A stretch of DNA of 64,000 bases from Squalus acanthias (lineage: Eukaryota). Made by a program: the position numbers and the translations under genes. The DNA lies in contig CM059439.1 of the NCBI GenBank assembly GCA_030390025.1, forward strand, positions 63,798,001 to 63,862,000, given 5' to 3'. Shown here in pieces: positions 24,801 to 37,758 of this stretch (within the stretch, counting starts at the first letter, position 1; every line of letters begins with the position of its first letter). A model generated the notes under the pieces. The model was given only the letters and a program-made list of their open reading frames with translations. It was not told the origin of the DNA and did no database searches.

Positions 24801-26702
24801 ATCGAGGGGGGAATCAAAGCCCTGCAAAAAGTCAGTAAAAGACGAGAAGTAATTACACCCAAATTATAATAACTGCAGACACGCTCAAAAGTCACCAATG
24901 ACCATTTATTCCATGCACTGAATCCGGTTGGCAACAGATACACCTGCAGCTAACTTAGTTCGGAGGACAAGGTCACCTCCATTTTGCTGGCTTTAAGTAC
25001 TCCTGGCACCAAAAAATGTACTTACTTACTGCTGCACAAGCCAACCTCATTCTGTGTGCAGGAGGCAAATGCAAGCAACAAGTTAACTTCCCTGCTTTAC
25101 CAGCAACCCATGGGTAGGTTAAGCAAGACAACAATTTACTTCAACCTTTGAAGAGCTGTTCCATAAAATATCAGATTACTTTATGCAGCCATGTAGAATA
25201 TTAAATCACCAAGACTTTGCATTTCTGACGAGGGTCTCCCCATGAAACATTAACCTCTTTTCTCATTTTATTGCATTATTTTGCTTTTATTTAGCACTTC
25301 CGATTTACCAGACTGTTTATAGATAGAGAAGCTTCCTGTCCACAATTCCATCATCACTTCACTGTGAATACAAAGGAACCACTTAATTTTCCAAGGGCCT
25401 GGTCCTCAGCATCAAGGAACATCTCAAAGATTATCAATTTACATCTTATTTTTGAGATAAGCTTGAGAAAAGAAAAACACTTTAGAAACAAGAGTTTTCT
25501 ATATAAAAATGAAGAAACCTACCAGCTCAGAAATCATTTTGCTACACAGCTTAATTTTTCACTTACGATTATATGTTCTCTCTCCTCTGAATATATCGCA
25601 AGTCAATGTATCCTCTATAATTAATAAATAGATCCAATCCTACATGGCCATTTCTAGTTTTCACCACCTCCCCAAACACAGGTCAACAGCAATGCATCTG
25701 CTGTCAAAATGCTGCTGCTGATTTCGCAAAGTTAATGGTCCTCTGGGTTAAACAGAAAGCATTCATTTTGTAAGGTATTTTTGCTCCTCTTTGCAGATGC
25801 AAGGAAACCAAATATTAGAGTTTACAATTATTTGGTGCCTTAGTTTTCCCCTTTCACACCATGTTTACTATTGACAAGTACCAGAAACTCATGTCTGAAT
25901 GAGGTATTAATGCTCAGAAAACTGTGCCACCAAATTATCACCTCACAAACAGATAGGCAATGGTTAGCACAGTGCTCTGGCAATTCCCTCCCATCTCGCT
26001 CTTTTGCAAGCAGGTACTGACTGAAAAAAATCCAAAGCCAAATTGAGGGTTACTTCAGATATCATCCACACTGGGGAGAAGGCAGGTTGAGGGAATGTGC
26101 GAGTCGACAGGAATAATGGGACTTTTAGCTTCAGATCTGAACCCATGCCAAGGTGCAAGTTTTCTCTTCATCGCTCCAAATTGGGCCGAGGTACATCCTG
26201 GGCCAAGCCGGAAATTGGGAGCTCACCACATTTACCATAGAGAGAGAAAAAAAGCACAAGGTTCATCTAAATTAACATCAAGGCAGACATTTTTGTAATA
26301 AAGGAGGGGTTTGATTGATTCAGTCAGCATTTTAAAAAAAAAATCAGAAAAATGTGTGAGTCTCCCCCTCACCCACCCCCCTCCAGTTTGGCCTAGAGTT
26401 TTTTTTCAAATGACTTTTTTGCCTCTCCCAGGAGATTGCATGGCTGGTGGGTGGGTAATCAGATGGGGGTCATGGCATGCCTAAGTTGCACCATGATGGT
26501 ATGGGACAGGCTTAATGTACAAGCTGGTCTTTTCCTGTCTGTTGTTTTTGCACAGTTGTAATATGTTAACACTGAATTAGAACAAAGTGTTACTGTACAG
26601 GCCCTGCAAAAGAAACATCCCAACCCTGCAGAGCTTTTGAAAGAAAAGTGTCATTATATAAACTTGCAAGCATTTAATCTGCGTATTTCACACCCTGAAA
26701 CT

Positions 26703-28680
26703 AACAATAACGTGCATTTATGTAGCGCCTTTAACATAGAAAGATGTCCAAAGCTGCTTCACAGAGGTACAACTGGACAAAATTGGATGCTGAACCAAAG
26801 GAGGTATTAGGGGCGGTGTCGAAAAGCTTGTTTACAGGTGGGTTTTAAGTAGTAGAAGAATGTGGAGGGGTTCAGGGAGGGAATTCCAGAGGATGAGTCT
26901 CCACCACTGAAGACACTTCTGCCAATAGCTGGGCAATAAAAAGAGAGAGGGTTGTGCCAGATTCGGAGAAGCAGAGAGTTCTTGGGAGTGGTGGAGGGAG
27001 GGGGTGCAAGGTCGGAGGAGATTACAGAGATAGGGAGGGGGGAAGGCCATGAAGGGATTTAAACACAAGAATGAGAATTTTAAATTGGAGGTGTTGGGAG
27101 GGCTGGGTGCTAAAGTAGGTCAGCAAAGGCAGGAGTGATGGGTGAGTGGTACAGGATACGGGCAGAGTTTTGTATGAGCTGACAGTTACAGAGCATGGAG
27201 GACGAGAGGCCAGACAGGAGAGCATTGGCATAGTTGTGTCTGGAGGCAACAAAGGCATGGATGAGAGTTTCAGCAGCAGATGGGCGATGTTACAGAGATG
27301 GAAGTAGGCCATCTTTGTGATGGAGAAGATAGAGTTGGAAGCTCAGCTCGAATAGAATGTCGTGGCTGCGAACAGTCTAATATAACCTGACAGTGACCGC
27401 GGAGGGAAATGGAGTCGGTGGCAAAAGCATAGAGTTTTTGCAGGAGGGTCAAAGACGATGTCTTCAGTCTTCCCAATGTTTAATTGGAGGAAATTGCGGT
27501 TCATCCGGGACTGGATATCAAACTAGAGAGAGGCAGTGGAAGGGTTGAGAGAGGTGGTGGAGACGTACAGCTGGGTGTCATTAGTGTACATGTGGAAGCT
27601 AACCTCATGTCTGCGGATGATGTCACTAGGGTAGCATGTAGATGAAGTTGTCGAGGGGGCCCAAGGATAGATCCTTGGGGACTTTGAGGCAACAGTGCAA
27701 GGGCCAGAAGAGATGCCGTTGCTGGCGATGCACTGGCTATGACTTGATAGGTAAAAGTGAAACCAAGTTGGACAACAGAGAGGCATTGGAAGAATATGGC
27801 GTGATTGACCGTGTCAAAGAGCGAAAATGCACCATGGTCACAGGGACAGAGGATGTAATTTGTGACTTGGATCGGCACTGTTTCAGTGCTGTGGCAGGAG
27901 GAGAAACCTGAAGAAACTCAAACATGGAGTTGCAGAAAAGGTGGACATAGATTTGGAAGGCAACACATTCAACAACTTTGGAGAAGAAAGGGAGGTTGGA
28001 GATGGGGTGTTAGTTTGCAAGAATAAAGGGGTTGAGGGTAAGTATTTTGAAGGGGGGTGGTCGGCTGTTTTAAAAGAGAGGGAGCTATTTACAATGTCAG
28101 CCAGCATGGGGGCCCAAGAAGGGAAGTTGGGTGGTCAGCGGTTTAGTGGGAATGGGGTCAAGGGAGCAGGAGGTGGAACTCAGACAAAATCAGCTCGAGA
28201 AGATTGCAGCATCAGGGCTCGGGCAAAGGGAAGCTTTAGCTCCACCACTGGCGGCCGTGCCTTCATCTGCCAAGGCCCTAAAGCTCTGGAATTCGCTCCC
28301 TAAACCTCTCCGCCTTTCTTTCCTTCTTTAAGACGTTCCTTAAAACCTACCTCTCATCTACCCTAATATCTCCTTTTGTGACTCGGTGTTAAGTTATGTT
28401 TGATAACGCTCCTGTGAAGCACCTTGGGAAATTTCACTACATTAAAGGCACTATATAAATACAAGCTGCTGCTGTTGTTGTTGGAGGCAAACGGAAGTGG
28501 CGGGAAGCAGCAGAGGCAGCTGATCAGAAAGTCTCAATCTTAGTGACAAAGAAATCCATGAACTCCTCGCAATTGGTGTGGGGGGGGTGGGGGGTGCTGT
28601 AAGAGGCGTTTAAGGAGACGGTTGGTAGTAGAGACAAGAAGTCAGGGCACAAGAACATCAAAGGTGGAGGTGAGGCAGTG
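26703..28680 (-). mobile_element. L2-clade LINE (degenerate RT), with an oppositely oriented L2 3' fragment nested at ~28236-28482
   Basis: L2 3' end (aacaataacgtgcatttatgtagcgcctttaac) at 26703. Minus-strand ORF fragments carry FDTVNH, PQGSILGP and HMYTNDTQLY (degenerate YADD). The nested piece ends ataaatacaagctgctgctgttgttg. Confidence 0.88.
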
Positions 28681-29449
28681 GTTCATTTAGATATCTTAAT
28701 TTTTTTTTAAACTGTCAAAAATGCAGATAAAATTTGTAGAAATCATTCAGGAAATAGTCAAGATGTCAATAACATTTAGAGTGGCTGCAGGTCAATGTAT
28801 GATTTTCAAATGTGAGAATTACATTCCAAGTTATAATTGTGGTACAAACCAAATGCAAATGAAACATTTCTGTGTTTCACCTGAAGTGAGGGAATTTGTG
28901 CTGAAGTACAATATCTACAGGTGCAGTCTGCCTGATGATACACCAATGCTGTCCCAGATGAGTTCCATAAAGAACAGACAAAAGGAAGTCATTTGTCAGG
29001 TCTGGCGAGAATCTGGGAAGGAGGAACATCCCTTCCTACAGACATGTAAACAGAGCACGGGGCCAGTACTGAACTATGAGAAAGGTACTTACAACAGTTT
29101 GGTTAAGATCTGATGAAGAACTTTTGAAGTGATAATTTAGTGTTTGCTGACAAACCAGGCAGCAATGCAAGATAAATCCTTGGCATCTGGCGCAGCTCTG
29201 GGGGAGGGGGAAGGGGTTAATAAGAGAATTTAAAAATGAAGTCCTAGCTTCTAACAAAGAAACTTCCTGAATGGCAAAGAATCTCCACAATTTCACAAAG
29301 TAGGCATAAAACCAGATAATTTTTAAGTCACTCCTTAAGAGGTTTCAAAACTCAGGAATATTTTTAGGCCCACTGAAAACAGACCATAGGGATGCTGCAA
29401 TTTAATTTATTTAGCACCTTTCACGAGTCAGCTGCTGGACCCTACGAAG

Positions 29450-29727
29450 GGTTCAGTAGGTAAATGCCCTGCATGGTGTGAAATGGAGCCATACAGACTA
29501 GGAAGGTCACAGGGTCTGCCGAGTTAGCTGATCTTAGCTGGGGTGACTGTAGGGGCGCTGCAACTGGCCTCTGTAGTACAGTCTGGGAAGGGGTGGGGGG
29601 GTTGAAATTAGCCAAGATCCCCACTCCTGATCACCATCCAGTGACCTCTGCTGGAAAGTGCACATTGGGCGAGGACAGAATCAGCCTCAGTTACAACATC
29701 CTCTATAGTCAAGTCTGCCGACACTTA
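29450..29727 (+). mobile_element. tRNA-headed SINE copy (unclassified family)
   Basis: Head ggttcagtaggtaaatgc...gagccatacagactaggaaggtcacagg...gagttagctgatc and core ccatccagtgacctctgctggaaagtg...gaggacagaatc. Confidence 0.7.
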
Positions 29728-29735
29728 TACAACAC

Positions 29736-29885
29736 CAAAATACTGCGGATGCTGGAAATCTGAAATAAAAACAGAAAATGCTGCAAATACTCAGCAGGTC
29801 AGGCAGCATCTGTAGAGAGAAACTGCTTCTCGCTCTACAGATGCTGCCTGACCTACTGAGTATTTCCAGCATTTTCTGTTTTTAT
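29736..29885. mobile_element. Inverted pair of Penelope-like termini forming a 53-bp-arm hairpin
   Basis: Arms 29765-29817 and 29833-29885 are reverse complements with 2 mismatches. Sequence matches the family at 18020-18110. Confidence 0.85.
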
Positions 29886-32069
29886 GTCTGTCAACACTTG
29901 TTTAGGTTCCACCTGGATCGTCTAAATTTGGTATTTTGGTGGCAAACACAGGCCAAACCACAGTGCTTTTTAAATCCGACTCACATTTGTCAAAATTAAG
30001 TACACTTAATAACAAACCAACATGCACTTTAAGGTTAGGTTTATTGTGCTGATATACTTATTGCAATTAGCTAACCGAATACAAATATTAGGTTAATAAC
30101 CTAATATTTAGTATCCAGCAATCCTCGCTAAAGCCATTCTCTCCTCCGCTCAGCAAGTGAATGTTTTACAAGTGCCAAAACAAATCCAATCTCAGTAAAG
30201 ATTGTGAAATTCTGGAAGTGGAAAGTGCCTTACACTCCACTTCCCCCTTCCTCCCCCCCTCCACCCCACTGTGCATCAGGGTTTAACACTGAGCGCTCGC
30301 TAGAAATCTCAGCAGGGTCATGGCTAACTAACCCTCCCCCAACATTCTAAACTCCAAAAAAAGCAAATAAATCCAGATACAACACCACTTCAGAAAGCAA
30401 GGATAGAGTTTACGATGTTTCACCAAGAGCACATAAGGGACAGATGCCCTGTTTGAATAGAAGAGCCCAAATAACTGGAGGTTTTTTTTGTGGTTCACAA
30501 AGCAAGTCATGCTGCAGCCCCCGATACGAATTGCAAATTTCCCTCTTTTGTCTTCCTTTTGTCCTTTAGAAACAGAGATTGTGGAAAGAAGCTGGACTGA
30601 GGCCCGAACACCATCAAAAGCTACAAATTTGTTATTAGGTCTTTTACCCGAGGAAAGGCTGCTGACCCCACCCTCCAAAACCCTACCCTTCTCCCCCAGC
30701 GAGGGTCAGACACCTCAGGGTGCGACTGAGCCAGCAATAGCTGCCCCCAAGCTAACACAAAGGCAGATCAGAGTGCTGGCCCCTATTACACGTGGCCATG
30801 TCATCCTGGGAGCACACCATGAGCAACATTCTACAAACAAAAGGCAGCTCGCACTGGGCAGCAGCTATGCACTGCTCTGCGAAAATCAAACAAACACTCA
30901 TTTTAGCTCAAAGTGTGCGCGCAGGGTGGGGGGGGGGGATTTCTTGCTCCGTTAGCAATATTTTAAACCAGTGGGGGTGGGGGGGAAATCAAGCGCTGGA
31001 CTGTGTCTCTTCAACCAGTTGTTGCATTGTGCTGATAAACAACACTACCACCCAAAGCTCAGAGGAGGCCGGTCGGTCTTCACATCTCACATTGAGTGCC
31101 ATCACCATGCAGAAGACTAATCCGATGGGTCGTTCTAATTTACTGTTTTTATTCAGAATTGTTTGGAAATATTAGGGTTGAATACGGCAAACATTTTCCA
31201 GTAACTATTAAGGCCAGAAACTTCTCAAATGTATTAAATTTACACACTTATCTGTGTGAAACATTAGCTAAAACTCAGGTAAACCAGGGAAGGCGGGATG
31301 GGTAAACATGAGAATCACTGCCAGGGCTTGTCTCTAAACACTGGTGCATAGCGATTCCAGGATCGTGGAGGAGCAGAGCTGAAAGGAAACCCTAGGCTGT
31401 TGACATCCCAGTGCATCTGTTCCATGCATCCTGCGTATCACAGCCTTACTTCTGAGGGCTGCTGGATTAAATCTAGAACCACCCAGGAACCTGTACAGAA
31501 CGCATGACCTTTAATCTGACTGTGGTGGGAGTTCATAGATTGTCTTCCCAGTTCTAAAAAGTAAAAGGATTCCTTTATTTAATAAATAAGCACCGTTTAA
31601 CACGTGTCAAATTTCTATTAGATTTCCGTAGTTTTATTTGTGTAACTTTATGGTGAGGAAGGAGGGAAACAGATTTTCGGCTGCAAAAAAGCCTCAAAAT
31701 GTAGGTTTCTGTAAGATTTTTTTTAATAAAACCGATAGAGGAACTCAACTACGCACTCCTTTTTAAATTTTACTCACTCAGTTCTATTATCTGTCGAACA
31801 CCCCATCCATTTTAGTGAATAATTGAGGTTCCACTACTCCTTGTATTTGACTACTAATGTGCAGTTTTGGGAGCCGCTTTTAAAGATAGCCTAAGAAAGG
31901 GGCCATTCCTCTTGGATGGAAAAGATTTTTTTTTAAGTTATCGTTTACAGGACCTATTTTCCCATCCTTCTGCCTTGTCCTGGAGTGTGTTGGAGATCCT
32001 GTTGTACTTGGATATTTCCATGTTCCTTCCAGTGAAACTTCATCAGAGTTCTCAAATTCTTTGAAAGGC

Positions 32070-32200
32070 AATTAAATAGTTGCTTAAAAGAGAGATATTT
32101 AAAAAAAGAGTATGGGAAGCATGGGATTATACTAGGTAGCTTAGGGAGAAAAACACTGGCACAGACTTGATGGACCTAATAACCTATTTCTATGATTCTT
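32070..32200 (+). mobile_element. Short degenerate CR1 3' end
   Basis: gtatgggaagcatgggatta...actggcacagacttgatggacctaataacctatttctatgattct ends in a CR1-type 8-mer tail. Confidence 0.55.
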
Positions 32201-32857
32201 TCGCCTTTAAGAGCACTGACTGTACTATAGGAACATACACAGTATCCACTGTTTGCGTTCATTTTAATAACAGTAGACATTTTGTTGACATGAATGTTGA
32301 TATTTGCATGGGTCATTCAGGTTTCAAGACAAACGAAAGATTCCTACTCACGTTAATTCTGGTGCAAAATGAGCACTCCTAGCTAACTGGGGTGTTCGAT
32401 CTCAGCTGTGGTAGCAGTTGGACCACTACTAGTGGCCTCAGCACCTTTGAGCTAATGATGAAAAGTGTCAGCCAGGGTACCCACTTCCAATCACTACCCA
32501 GTGACATACGAGCACATCAGTTGAGGGCAGGATCGGCCTCTCCTGGGATGCCATACACGGTCAATTAGCCTGCTGACATTCTCAATCTGGGATCACACAT
32601 ACAAAGAATGGCCACTTGGATGATGTACCAGGAGGTCCTCACAGAACGGGATTCCAACACAACTCAACTCCTCCAGGAAAGGAGGGGGGAGAAGAAAGAG
32701 AAAAATATTTTTGAAGTTCAATAGTAAAAGCTCTGCGGCTACATGACGTTAAATGCACTGAAATGGTTCACCGTACAAGTTTTGTTTTGCTGGGGTAATG
32801 AGTTTTAAGACATTTGTCTACATAATTCCCCACATACCATTACCAGTGATTGGGCAT

Positions 32858-33282
32858 CACCTTGGCGCAGTTGGTCAATACGCTAGCTTCTGGATTCAAG
32901 CCGCACTCCGGGACTTGAGCTCATAATCAAGGCTGACACTCCAGTGCAGTACTGAGGGAGTAACTGCATTGCCAGAGGTGCTGTCCTTCAGATGAGACAT
33001 TAAACTAAGGACCAGGTAAGTTACTTGTTCCAGTGGTTCAAGTGAATGTTGAAGATCCAATTGAATGACTTGAAGAGGAGGAAAGTGTTCCAGCCCTCTC
33101 TACCACCACCAAAAATAATTAATGGGCCCATCATCTCACTGCTGTTTGTGGATTCTTGCTGTCCAGAAAATGGCTACCACGTTTGCCCTCAACAGTAACA
33201 GCACTTCAAATTAATTAATTGTTGGTGAAGCCCTTTAGAACATGACGCACATAAGATGCCATATAAGTGCAACTCTCTTTTT
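32858..33282 (+). mobile_element. Diverged Deu-domain (SacSINE1-like) SINE
   Basis: ggcgcagttggtc...ggattcaagcc...ggctgacactccagtgcagtactgagggag...tcagatgagacattaaac...ataagtgcaactc aligns with 16735-17180. Confidence 0.75.
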
Positions 33283-34998
33283 TTGATAACTCTACCATTT
33301 CAGGGAGGTGCTCCTCAGGGGCGGGGAACCCACAGAGGCGCAGTACAGCCACCACAGCTCCTCTCGTGCATCTCATGCCAGCCAGTTACAGCAGTGTCAA
33401 CAGTAGTATACAATCTAGTGTCAGCAGGGATGGCAAGTGACAGAGGCGCCTGGTGCTTGGGGTGGGGGCGGGGGGGGGGGGGGGGGGAATGAGAGCAAAG
33501 GATTATGTATTTTGTAAATTTAACGCATCCCAACATTTAGAACACACCCGAGGTAAAATACGCAGACTATTTTCAATGTTCTGCCTGACATTGAAAGTTA
33601 TCAGAGTTACACCCAAGACAGCTTCTGTGTACTGTCAGCAAGCCATTAGTCAGCAATTTTCCTCACAGAACACTTAACTGTACCTCCTTCATACAAGTGA
33701 ATCTATTCATCCACAAATTCACACAGAATGAAACATCTCACAAAAGTTTCAATTAAGTTCACTACAGAAAGGTTTCAAAACAATTTGCATTCGAATCCCA
33801 ATAAACTGACACCATACTTCAACCCACCAACCTGAGCAATTCCTTATGCCACATCAGCACCTGCACATTTGAGGCACTCTACGAGTTCCAACAATGATCA
33901 GTTATAAATGATCTCAGAGCACAAATTTGAAACTTTTGTTCCCAAAATAGGACTTATTTCCTTTAACCATCCAGTTTAAACAAAATACTGTAGTACAGTC
34001 CCAGTTGTCACTTGGTTTCACACACTTTTTTTCGCCCTCTTTTTCTTGCCATTTTCGCTTTCCTGCCTCTTTTGAAGATGATTCGTTACTGGGTCACAGT
34101 TCCACAAGTGTTCTCAGGTACATTTCCCAAACAGGCAGCAGTCATGGATCAGCTTTGCCAATGTTGATTTCAGTGGGTACCAAAACTGACCCAGATCAAG
34201 TTCTCACTGGAGATCCACACATATGCACTTTCCAGCAAGACCCATGTGGAACAGAAAACCTGGCTCATTTTCCCCTCCCTAACTCGGGTAAAAATAAGGC
34301 CCATTATAGTGACCCCCACCCTGCCACGGCACCCACATCCCAGCTGAATTCAGCCGTCAGCTTGAGGATCAAATCTGGGATTTCTGGTTTGTACAGCTCA
34401 GCTACTTGCAGAGCTATTGGGGGAGCTGTAAAAAAAAACCTAACACATCCAACCATCTGTTGCATGTGTAACACCAGAGTATCAGCCATACAATGCTGTA
34501 TCAAGTGTTTACTTGCATCACTGATACCATTTCCAAGATACCAGGAGTATAAACATACTGGCCGGTTGCCTGGGACGGTTTGGCCATTCAGCGCCTTTTA
34601 CATCCCTACCTTAGGCTTCAGATGATGCAGTCTCGTTTGCACTACACAGCCCACTTCTGACGCTGCACTGTTACCTAGGATCAGTACTCAAATCTGTACA
34701 AACAAACTTGGCAGAACTGCTCCCCTTTCCTCCACGGGTAAAACATTAACCTGTCCCTACTCTTTCCAATGCTAATCCACCCGCAATACATTTCCACCAT
34801 TCAGTGCTTTTATTCCAAAATTCTGGTTTTTTTTTTTTAATTTTTACTAAAATCTGCAAATATGTTTAAGCCAAATTAATCTGATGTATAACAAATGCTG
34901 CTCAGCCATGACTACAGTCCACTCTAGGATACTGGGTTAAGGAACCTGAAGGGTTGATTCTTCTCCATTTACGCTCCGTTTCTTCCCCTACTCTACAG

Positions 34999-35135
34999 TT
35001 GTATGCAACTGTCCCGTGTTTTAGCAAGAGACAGCTATTTATGATGTATGTGACGTCAGTCTAACTTCACTGCTCTGCTTAGCCTGTGTGGATTACTGAT
35101 GGTACAGATTGGAGTGGGTTTAATATACCCATTTA
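34999..35135 (+). repeat. 137-bp inverted duplication, left arm
   Basis: Reverse complement of 37622-37758 with 4 substitutions counted by eye. Contains the palindrome TGACGTCA. Confidence 0.95.
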
Positions 35136-35740
35136 TTAGTGTTTCAATAATCTCTACACACCTACCTTGTCTGCTCCCTACATTAGAAATTTCCAGAGTG
35201 TAGCTTCCACAACAGAAGTCTCCTTTAAAAGTTGATTTCAAAGCTCCCCCTGTGGCGCAGACGATAAATGGGTTACTCCACACGGTACTGAGTCAAAAAG
35301 ACTTGCATTCATCGCGCGTCTTTCACGAACTCAGGACGTTCCAAAGTGCCTTAAACCCAATGAAGTAGAGAGCAGAAGGCCGCACGCACGTTCAATTCCC
35401 GCATCTGTGCCGAGTTAGCTGAACTCAGCCAGGGTGATAATAGGGTCACTAAAATTAGTCTCAGCAACACCGAGCCAGGGAAAAGGAAATTTAATGGCCA
35501 TCACTGGAAAGTGCATGCTGGATGACAACAGCATCAGATTCGTCTGGCATACCTTCCACAGTCAAATAGCCTGCCAATAATGTCTGCTGAGGCTCACACA
35601 GGAAGAAGGTCCACTTGGGCGAGGTACGCAAGTGCTGCTTTTACTTGTGGAACTGAGCAATGACCTGTCAGCGCCTTCAAGACTGGAGGGGAAAGGCAGA
35701 CAAAGAGATTCTACCTGCTGCTAACCCTGGGGAAGGTGCT

Positions 35741-36591
35741 GCTCAGGCTACAGGACGATATAGACGGGTTGGTCAGATGGGCAGAACAGTGGCAAATGGA
35801 ATTTAACCCTGAAAAGTGTGAGGTGATGCATTTTGGGAGGACTAACAAGGCAAGGGAATACACAATGAATGGTAGGACCCTAGGAAGGACAGAGGGACCT
35901 TGATGTGCATGTACATAGATCCCTGAAGGCAGCAGGACAGGTAGATAAGGTGGTTAAAAAGGCATATGGGTTACTTATATTCTATGCCTCGGCTAATGAA
36001 GGCAAGAGCAGGGAGGTTATGATGGAGCTGTACAAAACGCTAGTTAGGCCACAGCTGGAATACTGTGTGCAGTTCTGGTCACCACACTATAGGAAGGATG
36101 TGATTGCATTAGAGAGGGTGCAGAGGAGATTCACCAGGATGTTACCTGGGCTGGAGCACTTCAGCTATGAAGAGACTGGACAGGCTGGGGTTGTTTTCCA
36201 TAGAGCAGAAAAGGCTGAGGGGGGACCTGATTGAGGTGTACAAAATTATGAGGGGCATAGATAGGGTAGATAGAAAGGAACTTTTCCCCTTAGTAGAGGG
36301 GTCAATAACCAGGGGGCATAGTTTCAAGGTAAGGGGCAGGAGGTTTAGAGGGGATTTGAGGAAAAACTTTTTCACCCAGAGGGTAGTTGGAATCTGGAAC
36401 TCTCTGCCTGAAAGGGTGGTAGAGGCAGGAACCCTCACAACATTCAAGAAGCATTTAGATGAGCACTTGAAACGCCATAGCATACAAGGCTACGGACCAA
36501 GTGCTGGAAAATGGGATTAAACTAGATAGTGCTTGATGGCCGGCGCAGACACGATGGGCCTCTTTCTGTGCTGTATAACTCTGACTCTATG
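35741..36591 (+). mobile_element. 5'-truncated CR1 LINE (different subfamily from 4131-8078)
   Basis: LYKTLVRPQLEYCVQFWSPHYRKDVIALERVQRRFTRMLPG...RGDLIEVYKIM...QGYGPSAGKWD; tail ctgtgctgtataactctgactctatg. Confidence 0.93.
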
Positions 36592-37621
36592 GACACATGG
36601 AACAACTGACAGGAGGCCATCAACTAATAGGGTGGAAATGCCACAACTTCGCGTACTCAAAACAACATTCCCTCTTGGTCACTATATATACAGTATTTTT
36701 TTAATTAAATCCAAGCAGTACAGAATATAGGGAAACTTATAAGCATTCTAACAACATTTTAGTAATATCGCCCATTAATGCACAATGAAAATGAGTTATA
36801 ACCAGCTAACGAGTCCATCATTTTCACTAGTTTTCAAAGTAATTTTTACTGAACTGTGTCTAATGATTCAAAACAATGCAAAGCCAACTTGGCGGTCACC
36901 CGTCACATCTGAATGTCGTACTCCAGCCAAAACCTACGGCAATACTAAACCGCAGCAACTAACTGATCCATTTCTAGTCATTATGGTTAAAGAATTCCTT
37001 CCACAAAATGAAGTTCAAGCCTCAGAAATTCAAAGTCTCAATTACACACTCCTCACACGAGTAATGGTATAGTTGGTGCATGTTACAGAACGCAGTACAC
37101 CAGGCTGCACCCACAATGACCATTACAACAGAACTCCAACAGAAAACTGTTCAAGACAAACAAGAGCTTCGCGATGCTGCACAGTTGGTAAATGCACCAC
37201 TGGTGTGGAACTGAGCAATACAGACTTGGAAAGCCCACAGTTTGACCGACGATTTGTCCTGACTTAGCCAACCTCAGCTGAGACATCAGCAGGACGCTTC
37301 CATCGGTAGCACTACCTCAGAGTTGGCGATGGCAAAAAAAAATCCAAGTTCCAGTGCTGAACGCTATCTAGTGACTCTTGCAGGAAGAGATCGCGTGCGG
37401 ACAACTGGCAAGCCAGGACTAGCCTCAACCATCAGTGTCTCATGGACCCATAGCCTGCCAATGCTCGCTGCCTGTGATCACTCTTCATGAATATACCCTT
37501 GGACCAGAAGGAGCCTGGTAGCTGCACCCCAGCTTAAGTCAATGGCTTTGGGGCTGGCAGCAAGAAAAAGAACTGACATATAATTGCACATTTCAATTTT
37601 GAACCAAATGGGTGCTCTGAT

Positions 37622-37758
37622 TAAATGGGTATATTAAACCCACTCCAATCCGTACTATCAGTAATCCACACAGGCTAAGCAGAGCAGTGAAGTTAGACTG
37701 ACGTCACATAAATCATAAATAGCCGTCTCTTGCTAAAACACGGGACAGTTGCATACAA
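37622..37758 (-). repeat. 137-bp inverted duplication, right arm
   Basis: Reverse complement of 34999-35135. Confidence 0.95.

Noticed and set aside
34005-34625. 206-aa plus-strand ORF
   Set aside because: Largely overlaps a minus-strand SINE copy, starts at a non-ATG codon and has no domain or splice support.
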